Source: Isurus oxyrinchus
Lineage: Eukaryota
Assembly (NCBI GenBank): GCA_026770705.1
Contig: JANJGN010000031.1
Location: forward strand, 1,116,001 to 1,180,000
Direction of reading: 5' to 3'
DNA length: 64,000 nucleotides
The notes under the pieces are model-generated. The model was given only the letters and a program-made list of their open reading frames with translations. It did no database searches and was not told the origin of the DNA. Shown one piece after another: positions 48,072 to 62,139 of this stretch. Position numbers and translations under genes: made by a program. How positions within the stretch are numbered: the stretch's first letter is position 1; every line of letters begins with the position of its first letter.

Positions 48072-49451
48072 TGACATGAAGATATTAATGTATATAATGT
48101 TATTATAAATTATTTTTAAATTAGGCTTGTAGTGGAGTCTGTAGATGTGAGTGTGTGTGTGTCTTATTTGAATTAAAGCCAGCTAGTCTGGGTGCTTTGA
48201 TGTATTGTAATTTTGAGATGTTAAACAGTAAGGTCGGGGGGACATATGCATTTTGTTGAATAAACCATTCAAAGACTGGGGGTGAAATCTTGCTAGGAGA
48301 CACAGAGCAATATGTTTTTATTACTAATAATATTCTTTCTTTGAAAGAGGTTTTATTGTTAGAAGAAGTGGAGTTCAAAGCGCCTGGTGATACAATGAGA
48401 ATTTAATTTGAAAAGGGAGGCTAGGTGTATACAAAAGAGTTTTGTGTGTGTTTCAGACGCATGTGAGATCTTAGTCGCCTGTAATCCAACAACTGTCTGC
48501 TGGGCAACAAATTGAATGGAACATCATTTGGAATTCGTAAGATAAAATGTGCTTTGCCTGGTGTCTGATTACGTCTATGGGTTATTGTTGCCTTGGAAGA
48601 GATAGCCTGGGAGTGATTAATTTGAAGATTTGTTTAATATTTATTCTGGTAGTAATTTGAAGACGTGTCTATATTTAATACGTTGTTAAATTAATAAATA
48701 TTGTATTTAATTTCTGTAAAAACCTCTTCGTAGAATCGCAGAATCATAAAGTGCAGAAAAGTACATTCGGCCCATCGAATCTGCACTGACACGTGAGAAA
48801 CACCTGACCTGCCTACCTAATCCCATTTACCAGCACTTGGCGCATAGCCTTGAATGTTATGACGTGCCAAGTTCTCAACTAGGTACTTTTTAAAGGATGT
48901 GAGGCAAACCACCTCCACCACCCTCCCAGGCAGCGCATTCCGGACCATCACCAACCTCTGGGTAAAACAGCTTTTCCTCACATCCACCATAAACCTCCTG
49001 CCCCTCACCCGCTGATGGTCCCTTTGATTCCCACGAACCACCGACCCAATGATTGGCTGGTGGTTCCATTGTGTCCCGCAATGATTGGGTAATTACTCCA
49101 TTTTTCCCCCTCCAATGATTGGCTGATGATCCTATTGTTGCAAAATGATTGGTTGATGACTCTTTTGTTCCCCCTAAAGATTGGCTCATGGTCCCATTGA
49201 CCCCACAATGATAGGCTAATGAATCCGTTATCCCTTCATCCTATGATTGGCTGATGGTCCCATTGTTCCACACCCACTGGTTGGCTGCTGGTCACATTGC
49301 TCCACTCCTCTTGAGGCTTGATGGTTTTTATTCCTGAATCCAGAGCTGAATCTCAAACATACTAATTGAAAATATAGGTTATGGCAGTTGCTTAACGTTT
49401 CCTTCTGGAGTTTTAAATAACTCAGCCTTTACCAACTGCTGTGTCATAACA
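48072..49451. mobile_element. Probable solo LTR inserted in a LINE fragment, itself carrying a CR1 tail (about 48730-49005, minus) and a minisatellite
   Basis: TG...CA ends with an imperfect inverted repeat (tgacatga / tcataaca). The host LINE sequence stops at 48071 and resumes at 49452. Confidence 0.55.
49010..49310. repeat. ~30-33-bp minisatellite with ATTGG core
   Basis: About eight units like aatgattggctgatggtcccattg. Confidence 0.85.
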
Positions 49452-49799
49452 TAATTCAGGATGGTGAGTGACTTGGAGGGGGACTTCCAGGTGGTCATAT
49501 TCCCATCTATCTGCTGCACTTGTCCATCTAGATGGCAATGGTCCTGGGTCTGGAAGGTGGTCTCGAAGGAGAGTTGGTGAATTCTTGCAGTGCATCTTGT
49601 AGATGGTACACACTGCTGCTACTGTCCATCGGTTGAGGGGGGAGTGAATGTTTGTGAATGTGGTGCCAATCAAGCAGGCTGCTTTGTCTAAAGCAGTTAT
49701 ACTTAGCACAGAGGAAGAATCTTGAAGTTGTTGGAAGTCAATCATGCCAATCTCCGGACATTGCATGTAGAGCACCATAGCGTGGTGTCCTGGGCACAA

Positions 49800-51250
49800 G
49801 CGCCTTCATCTGCTTCAACAATGGCCTTCACTCAGCATAAATTCAGAAGTGGGAATGTTCGCTGATGGTTGCACAATGTTCTATACCATTTGCAATTGTT
49901 CAGAGACTGAAGCTGTCCCTGCCCACATAAATCAATACTTGGACAATATTCAGGTTCGGGCTGATCAGTAGCAAATAACATCCACGCCACGCAAATGCCA
50001 CAGAATCAGCATCTCCAACAAGAGATATTCCAACCATTTACCCAGGGCATTCGATGACACTTCTACTGCTGATTCTCCATCATCAACATTCTGCGTGCTA
50101 GCATTGGATAGAAACTCAACAACACTCAAGAAGTTCGAGACCGTACAGGACAAAGAAACACTTAATTGCTACCCTATCCATCATTTCAAAAATTCACCCT
50201 GTCATCTGCGAATGCACAGTGGCACTAGTGTGTATCATCTACATAATGTAGTGCAGCAACTAATCAAAGCTCCTTCAGCAGCACCTTCCTGTGGTTCCCT
50301 CGGCACACCATCTTCAGATACTTCATCAGTAACCTTCCGTCCATCATAAGGTCAGAAGTGGGGATGTGCCCAGATGATTGCACAATGTTCAGCAAAATTT
50401 GCGACTCCCCGGATAATGAAGCAGCTCATGTCCAAACCCAGAAAGGACTGTACAATATCAGGTCTTCAGCTGACAAGTGGTTAGTGAGATTCACGCCACA
50501 CAAGTGCCAGGGAATGACCATGCCCAACGAGAGATGATCTAAACATCACCCTTTTACATTCGATGCAATAACCATCGCTGAATCCCCAACTCTCAACAAC
50601 CTGTGGTTGCCTTTGTCCAAAAACCGAACTGGACTAGCCATTTAAATACTGTTGCTACAAGAGCAGGCCACAGGCTCGGAATATCGCGGCCAGTAACTTA
50701 CCTCCAGAATCTGCAAAGCCTGTCCACCATCTACAAGTCAGAAGTCAGGAGTGTGATCAAATACTCTTCACTTGCCTGGATGAATGCAGTTGCCACAACA
50801 CTCAAGAAGCTAGACAACATCCAGGTCAAAGCATCCCGCATAATTGGCACCTAATCCACAAACATTAACTCCCTCCACCACTGAAGCACAGTAGCAGCAG
50901 TGTGTACCATCCAGAAGATTCACACCAGGAATTCAGTAAGGCTCCTTAGACAGCACCTTCCAATCCCACGACTATTACCATCTAGAAGGACAACAGCAGC
51001 AGAACCATGGGAATACCCCTACCTGGAAGTACTCCTCCAAGCCACCTTCCATCCTGACTTGGAAGAATATCACCATTCCTTCACTTTCGCTGGGTCAAAA
51101 TCGTGCAAGTCCCTTGCTAATCGCACTGTGGGTGTACCTACAGCAGAGTTGTTCAAGAAGACGGCTCACGACCACATTCTCAAGGGCAATTAGGGATAGG
51201 CAATAAAAGTGGACGTCCAGCAACGATCACAATCAGTTGAAGAATAAATA
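49800..51250 (+). mobile_element. Second LINE family, tandem fragments
   Basis: Two SEVGMF-region starts, LSTIYKSEVRSVIKYSSLAWMNA, and the family tail near 51180-51210. Confidence 0.85.
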
Positions 51251-52599
51251 TGAAATAACATGTGAGGAGGCCTCATTTGAAAGCTCCTTCAAAGAGACAG
51301 CAGGAGCAGGATTAGCCCAAGGGCCACCCTCTGAGCTGTGTGATTCTGTGGCCCTGTAAAAGCTTCGGGAGTTTGGGTTGAAAATGTTTCTCTTTCCTTA
51401 CTGTGGAAGATCATTTTTGATCTTATCTCTTCCCTATATTCACCTGTCATCCGTTATATGAGGCAATTGGGTCCACCGTGCCCGAGCACTGAAAAGTTAT
51501 TCTCCTTAATTACTCTTTCAATATATTTCATTATTCTGTACAACTCATACACACCTTTTGTACATCCCCTCCTACCCCTTTCTACTGTATGGCCTACGCT
51601 GTCCCAGTTCCTACATTACTACTCCAACTCCCCTACGGTGGGAAAAGCTTATTAACGGGCTGCTAGTTTGGTTATTCACACGATGACATCCTCAGATGTC
51701 GGGTGGAGAAATGAGGTGTCTTCTGTCCGTTGTTGCAGATACCTCTCCAACAAGAACACATTTGCGAATGGCCCTATCTTTATGATCATCCCCACCTCCC
51801 GCAATGGGTTGCACGTTACGACTTAACATTGTGCGTTCACTATTCTTATATTGACACAAAGCATCGAATCATCTGCTTTGACTGGTCTAAACAAGGGGAA
51901 AAGCCTTTCGTTGCTCTTGCAATTACGTCATTTTCATCCTGGATGAGAAAGGAAAGCGCAGGGGCAATAAGGCTGCAGTGTGTGCAACAAAGAGAAGCTG
52001 GATGGTTGAAAGAACGGCCAAATTCCAGCCTCATGCTCACTATCCTTTACTTGCATCGACTGTTGTTGTTGCTCCCAGGTTACTGTACTCACTTGTAGCG
52101 AAATTTGGGAGCCGCCTAATCTGTCTTTGGCAACAATTTTTGTTGCTCCAGAAACGGTTCAATTTGTTGGATTATTTAGAGGATTGGTTATTGTTGCAAG
52201 AAATTAGATGTTTTGTCTGGAATGTGCACTTTTTGAAAACTTGGTGGAAGCTAATGCAACAACAACTGTAATTAATTTTCAGATCAAATATTAAATTGGG
52301 GATAATTGTGAAGAATAGATAAAGGGTAAGGATGTGGCATTGCTGGAGAACCCCTTCAAACCGATGGTACAGGCACCATTGGCCAAAGAACCTGATTTAT
52401 AAGCTCCATCATACTATATGGTTCCGTAAATATACTCCTTTTATGGGAACATTGAGTCGAAACAGAGTTAATACTTCAATTCTGCGGCATTTCATCAGAG
52501 CTGGGCAAAGTTAGAAAAGTAAAACTTTTTGTCCAAGGGGTGAGCTGGACAAGGACAAATGGAGGTACAGTGGTAGGATTAAAGATGGGAGAGACTGAA

Positions 52600-53870
52600 T
52601 GACCGAATAATTAGTCTTCCAGGGTCAAGGGGAACGCAAGTTTGGCAACAAAAGAAACAAAGACAAAAAGATGTACCTGTAGCAGTTGTGCTGCTGTCTG
52701 AAAGTGAAAAAATAAGAGAAAAACCTGAACATGCAAAGAGAAGGAAGCAAATTGGAGAAGCGATTGTGGTCTGAAATTGGTTAATTCAGTGTTGGGTTTG
52801 GAAACCTGTAAAGTGCTTAATTGAAAGATGGGGTGTTGTAGGTCGATGACAGAGATGTCAGAGTGAAAGCAGAGTGGAGAATTAAAAAGGGTCGTCACCG
52901 GAAACTTGGAATCATGCTTGAGTTCTGAACGGACATATGCTACAAGCAGTGACTCAATTGGCGTTTGATCACCCCAATGTAGAGGAGATCCATTTGTGAG
53001 CAGCGAATATAGTGGACTAGCTTGAAATGATTACGTGTGTAAATCGTTGATTCACCAGGAAGAAATATTTGGGGCCATGAATTCTGAGGGAAGAAGAGAT
53101 AAAACGCAGGTGTTACTTCTCTTGAATTTGCGTGGAAAGGTTGTGTGGGAGGAGGGTGGGGTGCTGGGAATAAACTTGTTGCTTCATTGAACAATTTTTC
53201 CTTTAACCCATCTCACTTCTTCCAAATAAATGCGTTGTTCCCGGTTCCCACATAGGTCCTTACCATGTCTGCTTTTTTTGGAGAATGCGCCCAACATGTC
53301 TTGTTTCAGTCCCACACTGGACCGCCCCCTTCAAATTTTTGTCCCATACATTGATGACTGTAATTGTGCCATTCCATTCCCTTGCTGTCAGTTTGAAAAC
53401 ATCTTCACCTTTGTGTTCAATTTACACCCTTCCCTCAGTTTCACATAGTCCATCTCTGACTCTTCCCATCCCTTCACTGACTTCCTCTCTCCACTTCTAG
53501 AAACAGGCTGCAATGCATATTCAATATAAGTTCACTGGCTTCCACAGCTACCTCGACTCAATCACTCAAACCTGAAAGGATTTTATTCCATTCTCCCGGT
53601 TCCTCCATTTCTGTTGAATCTTTTATGATGACGTAACCTTCAGCAACAGTGCTTCTGAGATGTTTTCTTTTATCGTCAGCTGAGGATACCGTCATTGTTG
53701 AAAGGCCCTCCATCAGATTTGCCACAATTCCCACACTTCTGCACTCACTCCTTCCCCTCTCCCCTAGAACCACGAGACAATTCCTCTTGTCCTCATCTTT
53801 TACTTTCTAGCCACTGTATTCAATGCATCATTTTCCACCATTTTCGCCACCTCCTGTGTGATGCACACAC
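52600..53870. mobile_element. Penelope-like retroelement remnant: GIY-YIG part on minus (about 52750-53110), RT part on plus (about 53165-53870)
   Basis: Minus: LVHYIRCSQMDLLYIGVIKRQL (GIY-YIG). Plus: LNNFSFN.SHFFQ, IGPYHVCFF, PYIDDC, YKFTGFHSYLD. Confidence 0.75.
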
Positions 53871-53879
53871 TCGTATTTT

Positions 53880-56080
53880 TAAAATACATTCTTTAACGAC
53901 ATGTTGTCTTCGATGGCCAGGCCACCATTTATTGCCCCTCCCTAATTGCCCTTGCGAAAGTGGTGATGAGCTGCCTTCTTGAACCGTTGCAGCCCATGTG
54001 CTTCTAGGGAGGGATTTCAGGATGTTGATCCAGTGACAGTGGAAGAATAGTCATATAGTTCCAAGGCAGGATGATGAGTGGCTTGGAGAGGAATTTGCAG
54101 ATGGTGGTTTCCCGTCTATCTGCTGCCCTTGCACTTCTATGTGGCAGAGGATGCGGGATTGGAAGTTGCCGATGAAGGAGCCTTGGTCAGTTGCTGCAGT
54201 GCATATTGTGGAAGGTACACATTATTGCCATTGTGCATCGGTGGTAGAGGCAGTGAATGCTGAAGGTGGCCAATCAAGTGGATTGCTTTGTTTTGGATAT
54301 TATCAAGCTTCTAGAGTGTTGTTGGAGCTGCAGCCACCCAGGAAAGTGAACATTATTCCATCAAACCCCTGATTTATGCCTTATAGATGCTAGCAGACTT
54401 TGAGGAGCTGGAGGTGACTTACCCGTCGCAGCATTTCCAGCCTGTGACCTGCCCATGTTGTCATAGTATTTATATGGCTGATCCAGTTCAGTTGCTGTTC
54501 AGTGGTAATCCCAGAATGTTGACAGTTCGGGATTCTGGAATGCAGATGCCATTAAGTGCTGAGAGGAGACGGTTATATTCTCTCTTGTTAGAGATGGCCA
54601 TTTCTTGGCACTTGTGTGGCTCGAATGTTAATTGTCACTTGTGAGCCCAAGCCTAGGTATTGACAGGTCTCGCTGCATATGCTTATCTATATGAGGACTT
54701 GTAATGATATTGAACACTAATCATCAATGAACACCCCACGTATGACCTTATGATGGAAGGAAGATCATTGATGAAGCAATTGAAGATGGTTGAGTCAAGG
54801 ACACTACCCAGAGGAACTCCTGCAGTGATGTCTTACAATTTTTGCGATTGATCCCCAATAGCCACGACCATTTTCCTTTGTGCTAGGTATGACTCCAAAC
54901 AATGGAAAGCTTTCCTTCAATTCATGGTGACTTCAATTTTCTCAGGACCTTTTGATGCCATCCTTCTCCTTCAGTTACCATGCCCTCACGGGGCGCTAGC
55001 ACCCATGGAATTCCATTCGATTGGTCAATGTTTATGCTTGGCAATGTATTGCAGTAGTTTGCCATTGCCTCCTGCAGAATTAAAGATCAAGGAATACGCC
55101 AGCCCTTGCCACTTACCATGAAGGGTGTTGGCAGGTTTTACAGGCTGAGAATCGACCTATTCAGCTATTCTTTGAACCTACCTACTATAGCCAACTTGAT
55201 GCCATACTCGATCGAAGTCTGCCTTGATGACAAGGGCAGTGACTCTCATTTCACCTCTTGAGTTCAGCTCTTTTTTCCATGTTTGGACAAAGGCTCTAAT
55301 AAAGTCACGAGCTGATTGGCCTTCGTGGATCCCAAAATGAACACCAGTGAGCAGGTCATTACTGTGTAACTGCAATTTGATAGCATTGTCGACAAACTCT
55401 TCCATGAATTTGTTGCTTATTGAGAGTAGACTGATGGTAAGATAAATTGTCAGGTTGGATTTGTGCTGCTGTCTGTGGACATGGCATGCACAGGCAATTT
55501 TCCACATTGCCAGTATATGTCTGGACAGTGGCGTACTGGAAAAGCTTGGCTCTGGTTGCAGTTACTTAAGGGGCACTAGTTTCACCACTCCTGCCAGGAT
55601 GTTGTCAGGGCCCATAGACTTCACAGCATATGATGCCTTATTCCTTTCTTTATATCATGTGGACTGAATCGAATTGGCTGAAGGTTAGCATGCGTAATGC
55701 TTGGGATTTCAGGAATAGGTCGAGATGCATCATCCACTCGGCACTTCCGCATGAATAAGGTTGCAAATGCTTCAACATTGTCCTTTGCACTGATTTGCTG
55801 GGCTCCCCATCATTGATGATGGGGATATTTGTGGGGCCTCCTCCACCAATTAGTTGTTGAATTGTGCGCTATCATTCACAACCAGTTGTGACAGGATTTC
55901 AGAGTTTAGACCTGACCTGCAGGTCACGAGGTAAGTTTCATTTTTGGCATTCAAGTAGTCTGTATTGTAACTTCACCAGGTTGACACCTCATTTTGAGTT
56001 ATGCTTGCGCTGCTCCTAGCATGTTCTTGTTCAGTCTGCATTGAAGCTGGTTTGATCCCTTGGCTTGATGGTCCTGCAAA
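53880..56080 (-). mobile_element. Second LINE family, longer degraded fragment
   Basis: ORF 55178..55507 ends GEMRVTALVIKADFDRVWH; family tail near 53900-53990. Confidence 0.85.
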
Positions 56081-56229
56081 AGTGAGAGATACCTCTTTGA
56101 AAGAGCTGACATAGTCACGGATGTCTGAATAGCCTCCTTGTGCTGTCTTGTTCTTGAGCTCATATCCATTGTAAAATACGCAGAAATATGCTGGAATCCA
56201 AGTTCTCTAGACTTTTAATGATATTGCTG

Positions 56230-58694
56230 CTTTAACTAAATCCTGTATCGACACAGGATTTGATCCGTTGATGAAGGGAATATCTTATGTAGAAATGAGC
56301 AGGTTTGATGTATGCACTTTAGAGGGCAGAGGATTCAGATATTATTAAATCATATAATATTCTGAGAGAGCTCCAGAGGATAGATGCTGAAAGGATATTT
56401 TCCTTTGTGCGTTAATCTTGAACAGGGTGGCACAGTTTCAAGATATGGGGTCTCTTATTGAAACTGCAATCAAGTGGAATTTCACCTTTAGAGGGCCGTT
56501 GATCTTTGGACTGATCGAGCCCAGCCAGCAGTGGGGGTTGGGTCATTTGATGTATTTAAGGCTGAGTAACACTAATTTTTGATCTACACGGAAGTTAAGT
56601 GTTATGAGGTACCTGCAGGAAACTGGACTTAAGGCCACCATCGGGTGAGCCATGATTCTGTTGAATCCCTGAGCAGCCCCGTGGTGCTAAATGCACCTAA
56701 ATCTTATGATATTATGATTTTTTGAGAATTGAGGTGGTTGTAGATGTAATAGCTGCATTGGTGAACAGCCTTCAAATTTCTATAGATGCTGGAATGGCTC
56801 ATGCAAATTGGAAGATGACAAATGTAACCCTGCTTTTTAAGAAAGGAAGGAGAGAGAAAACGGCATGTTAGTCGGGCATCAGTCGAGAAAATTCTAGAAT
56901 CTATAATCAAGAATGTGGTAACAAGACACTTAGAAATTAATGGTGGCATTGGGCAGAGTCAACATGGATTAAAGATGGGAAATCATGTTCAACAAACCTG
57001 TTGGAGCTTTTTGAAGATATAACTGGCAGAATAGATGAGGAAGAACAGGTGGATGGTTTTTTTTTTAGGTTTTCAGAAAACCTTTGATATAACCCTACGC
57101 AAGAGGCTAGTAAACAGCAATATACCACATGGAATTGGAGGGACCATGCTGACATAGATTGAGAACTAGTTAATGGACCGAAAGCAGAGAGCTGGAGTGA
57201 ATGGGTCATTTTCAGATTGGCAGGCTGTGACTGGCTGAGTATGAGGAGACCCTAAGATCTAGCAGCAGAAGTAGGACAGTCGGCCCATCGAGTCTACTCC
57301 GTCATTCAGTGAGATCATGGCTGCTATGTTCATCCTCAACGCCACGTTCGTGCCTTTTCCCCATAGGCTTTGATTCACTTGTTCACTAAAAATCCTGCCT
57401 ATTTCAACCTTGAATATAATTAACGACCTTGCCCCTACAGGCCTCCATGGTAAATAATTCCACAGATTGACTACCCTCTGAGAGAAGTAGTTCTTCCTCA
57501 CTTCTGTTTTATGTAGGCACCCTCTTACTTTGAGATTATGGCCCCTGGTTCCAGACTCTCCCACAAAGGGAAATAATCTTTCAGCATCTACCTTGAAAAG
57601 CCCCCTAAGAATTTTATATGTTTCAATAAGAACACTCCGTTGGCTACAGGCCCAACCTACTCAACCTCTCCTCATTAGAATGTCAGAGAAAATATGATCC
57701 ACCAAGATCAGTGCTTGACCCCAGCTATTAGCAATCTATATCAATGATTTAGATCTGGGGATTAAAGTTAACTTTTCCAAGTTCCCAGAGAACAGAAAAC
57801 TAGGTAGAAGTGTGAGTTGTGGGGAAGATGCAAAGTCACTTCAGGAGGATTTGGAGAGGCTAAGCGAGTGGGTAAACCTTCGGCAGATGGAATACAATAT
57901 GGAGAAATGTGAAAATGTCCAACTTAATAGGAAAGATTGAAACATGCACTGTTTCTTAAATAGTGTGAGACTGGGAAGTGTTGAACGTCAAAGGGGCTTG
58001 GCTGTCCTTGTTCATGAGTAACTGAAAGCTAATATGCAAGTGCAGCAATACATTTTACAAGGCAAATGGAATATTGGCCTTCATTACAAGAGGAGTAAAG
58101 ATTTATTATTGTAAGCATGTAGAGCCCCTTAATGAGACTGCACCTAGAATATTTTCAGCGGTTTTGATCTCCTTCCCTAAGGAAATACGTACTTGCCATA
58201 GGAGGAGAAGAACATGTTTCACTAAATTAGTTATTGAGATTGCCCTAAGCAGAATGATTAAATAGTTTGAACCTTTCTTCTCTGGAGTTTTGAAGCATGA
58301 GAGGTTATCTCGTTCAAACATGCAACATTCTTACAGGACCTCGACAGGGTAGATTCAGGAAGGATGTTTCCCCTATTTAGGGCAGGGCTCGAGAACCAGG
58401 TCACAAAGTCTCAGAATAAGGAGCAGGTCATTTAGGACAGAGATGAGGAGGAATTTCTTCACTGAGAGAACCTTTGATGAATCTTTTGAATTGTCTGCCC
58501 CAGAGGGCTAGGGAGGTTCTGTCGTTGAGCATGCTCAAGGCGGAGTTCGATAGATTTCTACATATTTAAAATATCAAGAGATATGGGGATAGTGCAGGAA
58601 AATAGTTTTGAAGTCGAAGAAGTGTCATTGAATGGTGGAGTGGGGTCGAAGGACTGAACGGCCTACTCCTGCTCCTGTTTCTTATGTTCTTATG
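56230..58694 (+). mobile_element. Cluster of CR1 pieces: degraded tail (56230-56690) and an RT-to-3' element (56745-57240 + 57700-58694) split by a minus-strand CR1 tail (57255-57675)
   Basis: NVTLLFKKGRR, QHG, WQAVT, then SVLDPQL..YINDL after the insert; ends tcttatgttcttatg. Confidence 0.85.
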
Positions 58695-58772
58695 AGATCC
58701 CACCACCATACCTTCATTCTGAAAATTCAGGCTGTAGACCCCAGCAATGTGGCAATTTATCACTGGACTACA
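58695..58772 (+). pseudogene. Possible V FR3 relic immediately after a CR1 3' end
   Basis: TFILKIQAVDPSNVAIYHW resembles F.LKI..V.P.D.A.YYC; no recognisable RSS. Confidence 0.45.
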
Positions 58773-59629
58773 ATTGGTGGAATGCGGTTCTTCAAATCAC
58801 TTCTGCACCTTGACAATAACCACCTAGTGCTTCTGCAGCTACCATGTCCTGTTCGTAGCTTTGCTCTTTCCGTACCCATATTTAACTTATTGTCTTGTAT
58901 GTATACCCGTGCATCTTTTAACTTCAAACCAATGCTTAAATAGATAAATACTCTAAACACAAAGTGATAAATGGATCCCCTCATCACAGAAGGTGTTTTT
59001 ATTAATGTTTGACCACAAGACACTTTTGTAATTATCACAAATCTTTGCTCAATTTTCGTTATTTGGTTCACTATTGAAAACAGTCTAGTGCAAGCTAATT
59101 TATTATTGCTCTTTGAAATCATGGAGACTTCTGGCTGATCTCGGGAATTTTCTCTTTTCTATTGATAATGCTCCAATTGTCCATTATATTTTCAGAATTT
59201 ATATTCTGCATTTTCTCCATTAGCATCGTTGCTTCCTTTCTTGCATTGCCTCTTAACTATGGTCTGGTCACGTACTTTGCCTAACTAAAGCAGTGTAGGA
59301 ACGCCGAGGCACTGGAAGTTTGATTTCAATTTTAATGCTGCACTAATATCGAAGGGTCCAATGAGTGAACCAAGATAGTCACTGGTGTCATGATGAACCT
59401 TAAGGGTAAAATGTTGCCAATTTATCTCAGCTTTCGAGCCTCATAATTAAATTGTCAATTGTTCAAACACCCAGCTATGCCTTCACTCAGTTCAGCATAG
59501 TAGTGTGGCTTCCTTCATTCTGCGAGCCCCTCTCCCCACTTAGGAACACATAAATTGTTAAACCAAGAAAAATGACGATGCATTTCCTTCACCTTCTACT
59601 ACATTAGTAGTCAAATTATACAGCAGTAA

Positions 59630-60090
59630 TGGTGTTGCTAACTGACCACTTAGGGGTTATCTTCCTGGACTAGTATTCTAGAAGTCTGCAATAATGATCT
59701 GGGATTGGATTTCAAATCCCACCACAGCATCTTGTGAATTTAAATTCAGTTCATTCAGTAAAACTGTTAATAATTCAATCAGCAATGGTGTTCATCAAAT
59801 GACAGGATTGTCACAAAGAGCATCACCTGGCTCACTAATACCTCTGTGGAGAGGAACGTTATCGCTGTTATCCTGTTTGGCTTTCACTTGACTCCATATT
59901 GATCAGGCATGTGAGAGACACGTGATTCTTAACTGTCCTGAGTAAGGTGCTTGCATAACACTCAATTGTATTCATGAAAGCCGCTTCCCACCTCCTTCTC
60001 AAAAGTGATTAGGGATAACCAATAGATGTCACGATGAACTCGATGTACAAAATGCTGTCAATCTCAAGCCCACACCCCATAAATGAATAA
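59630..60090 (+). mobile_element. SINE with LINE-derived tail
   Basis: ttcaaatcccacc B-box-like motif; ccttctcaaaagtgattagggat tail. Confidence 0.55.
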
Positions 60091-60529
60091 AAGCGAAAGG
60101 AGCTTTCTCTATCAGTTGGGGCTGCAACATCTCGAGGCATGAGGTGATGAAAATTTCAAAAGGCAAAAAATCTTTTCAAACCAGAGGCCCAACGTCACTC
60201 AAACATGCTGCACATGTTACATGCCATGACGTAGCTTAAAAATGTACCGCAGTACGAAATGTTCCTTTCTGAAAGAGGTCTTACAAATTTGTACCAATGT
60301 TATCTGCACCCATCATCTATCCCGAGAGCCTGTTGTAAAACATTATTGGTATCTCCGGGAAGAATATGAATTGTAGGCAATACCAACCTTTTCAGATGAT
60401 CACCATCCTATCATTGGCACAAGAGGAAAGAATTCTTTGGCGTTCTGGCATGATTGATTTTATGTGCAGTGTACTCAATCTTTCTTCTAAGACAACCCAT
60501 TCATCCCAGAAACCAACATGGATCATATG

Positions 60530-60790
60530 ACCAAAAGACATAGGAGCAGAAATTATGCCATTTGGCCCATCGAGTCTGCTCCACCATTCAATCATGGCTG
60601 ACAAGTTTCTCAACCTCTTTCTCCTGCCTGCTCCCCATAATCTTTGATCCCCTTATCAATCAAGAACCTATCTATCTCAATCTTAAATGCACTCAATTAG
60701 CTCGCCTCCGCAGCCCTCTGTGGCAATGAATTCCATAGATTCACCACTCTCTGGCTAAAGAAGTTTCTCCTTGGTGAACCTTCCTTGAAC
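60530..60790 (-). mobile_element. CR1 3' tail
   Basis: Reverse complement of the tails at 27500-27745 and 62140-62345. Confidence 0.9.
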
Positions 60791-61299
60791 AGCTTCTAAC
60801 GCAAGTATATCCCTCCTTAATCAAGCAGACCAAAACAGTAAGAAGTGTTGTCGGTTCAGTCTCAGCAATGCCATGCAGAGTTGGTGCAAGTCATCCTGCT
60901 TTCACTGAAAACAAGTTGTTGTTGTCAAACTATGAATGTGACTGTATTCCGTCATATAGAGTTGAATAATCCACAGAGAACAAATGTAATGGGGATTTAA
61001 TTATGCAGCTTCCATTCTACTCCCTCCAACTCCAGCAGAGGGCGCACGTCACAATCTGGTTCTACTGGCAAAAAATAACTTCTTTCTATCTGACAGCATT
61101 CCAGCTGCAGCTATGGGCGCTAACGAGAATTACGTCATCACCTGCTGGTAAAGTAACAATACTAAAATGCTATCATCGTCAACTTTATATTAAATCTCTT
61201 TATTTTAAGGCACAACTGTGAGTTACTTCAGTAATTTCTTCACCAATTTTACTCATTCTGTACGTACCATTGCTCCACAGACAAGGAAATACTTTTTGA

Positions 61300-61660
61300 A
61301 GTGCATTCGCTGTTGTAATTTAGGAAACATAGAAGCCAATTGCTGATCGACAAACTCCCACAAAAGACAACGTGATACTGACAAGACGACTTTTTACAGT
61401 GAACGTTTAGTAAATATTGCCCCAGGATCCCGGGTTGAATGCCCTGAATCTTCGAAATAGCGGCCTTGATATATTTTCAATCTGCAGATGGGAATTCGGT
61501 TAACATCTTTGACACAGGAAAGCACCTCAGCCTTACGCCTTTCCAATGATCAGCGCTTTCCTCTGTACCGTGCTTGGATGCTCAGGTCTCTGTGGTGTTC
61601 CTTGAACCCACAAACCTTTGAGTCAAACATGAAGTATTAGCCACTGAACCATGGCTGCCA
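61300..61660 (-). mobile_element. Deu-domain SINE, degraded
   Basis: Reverse-strand match to the SINE at 15005, with head ccactgaaccatggctg near 61640-61657. Confidence 0.6.
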
Positions 61661-62139
61661 TAGAAAGACACATCTGAGGAAGTTATCAGCCATACAGGGT
61701 AGTTTGAGATGCTCTCATATTCACATTGTAAATGCTATAATTTATTTTGACGCCCTCAGCTTGTTATAGGCAAACCAAGAAACCGGGTCGGGAACCAATT
61801 TTTTGATGAAGTATCAGAGGATAATGGGGTTAATGTAGTGTACATAGACTTCTAAACGTAATGGTAGTGATCTACCTAAGGACGGACCCATTGCTTTTTT
61901 CTCCATGCGTTGCGGTTTCATCTATTCAGTTCCTCATTGATTCAATTTCAATTTCAAATAGCCTAAATCCGTCTTGGTATGAGGCCATATAGTCTTAATT
62001 TGCTAACATATTTCAGCAAGTTCTCGTACCTTATAACATGGCCTGTCCAACATTGTTACCTTTTTCTGATGATATTCACTAACCATCTTCACGCTTTATC
62101 ATGCTGAGAAATTCTTCATTGTCCTTATGTTCTCTCCAT

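Noticed and set aside
51930-52150. IRLQCVQQ...WLKERPNSSLML as a V relic
   Set aside because: Cys-Trp spacing is too short and there is no FR3 or RSS; could be chance.
61080-61150. CRE-like motifs (CACGTCA, TTACGTCATCA) as a TCR enhancer or promoter
   Set aside because: No associated leader or V exon and no independent support; short motifs are expected by chance.
61780-61860. GSGT-like J segment motif
   Set aside because: No preceding Phe, no 5' RSS, and the following bases are a CR1 fragment (FFDEV...VVYIDF).
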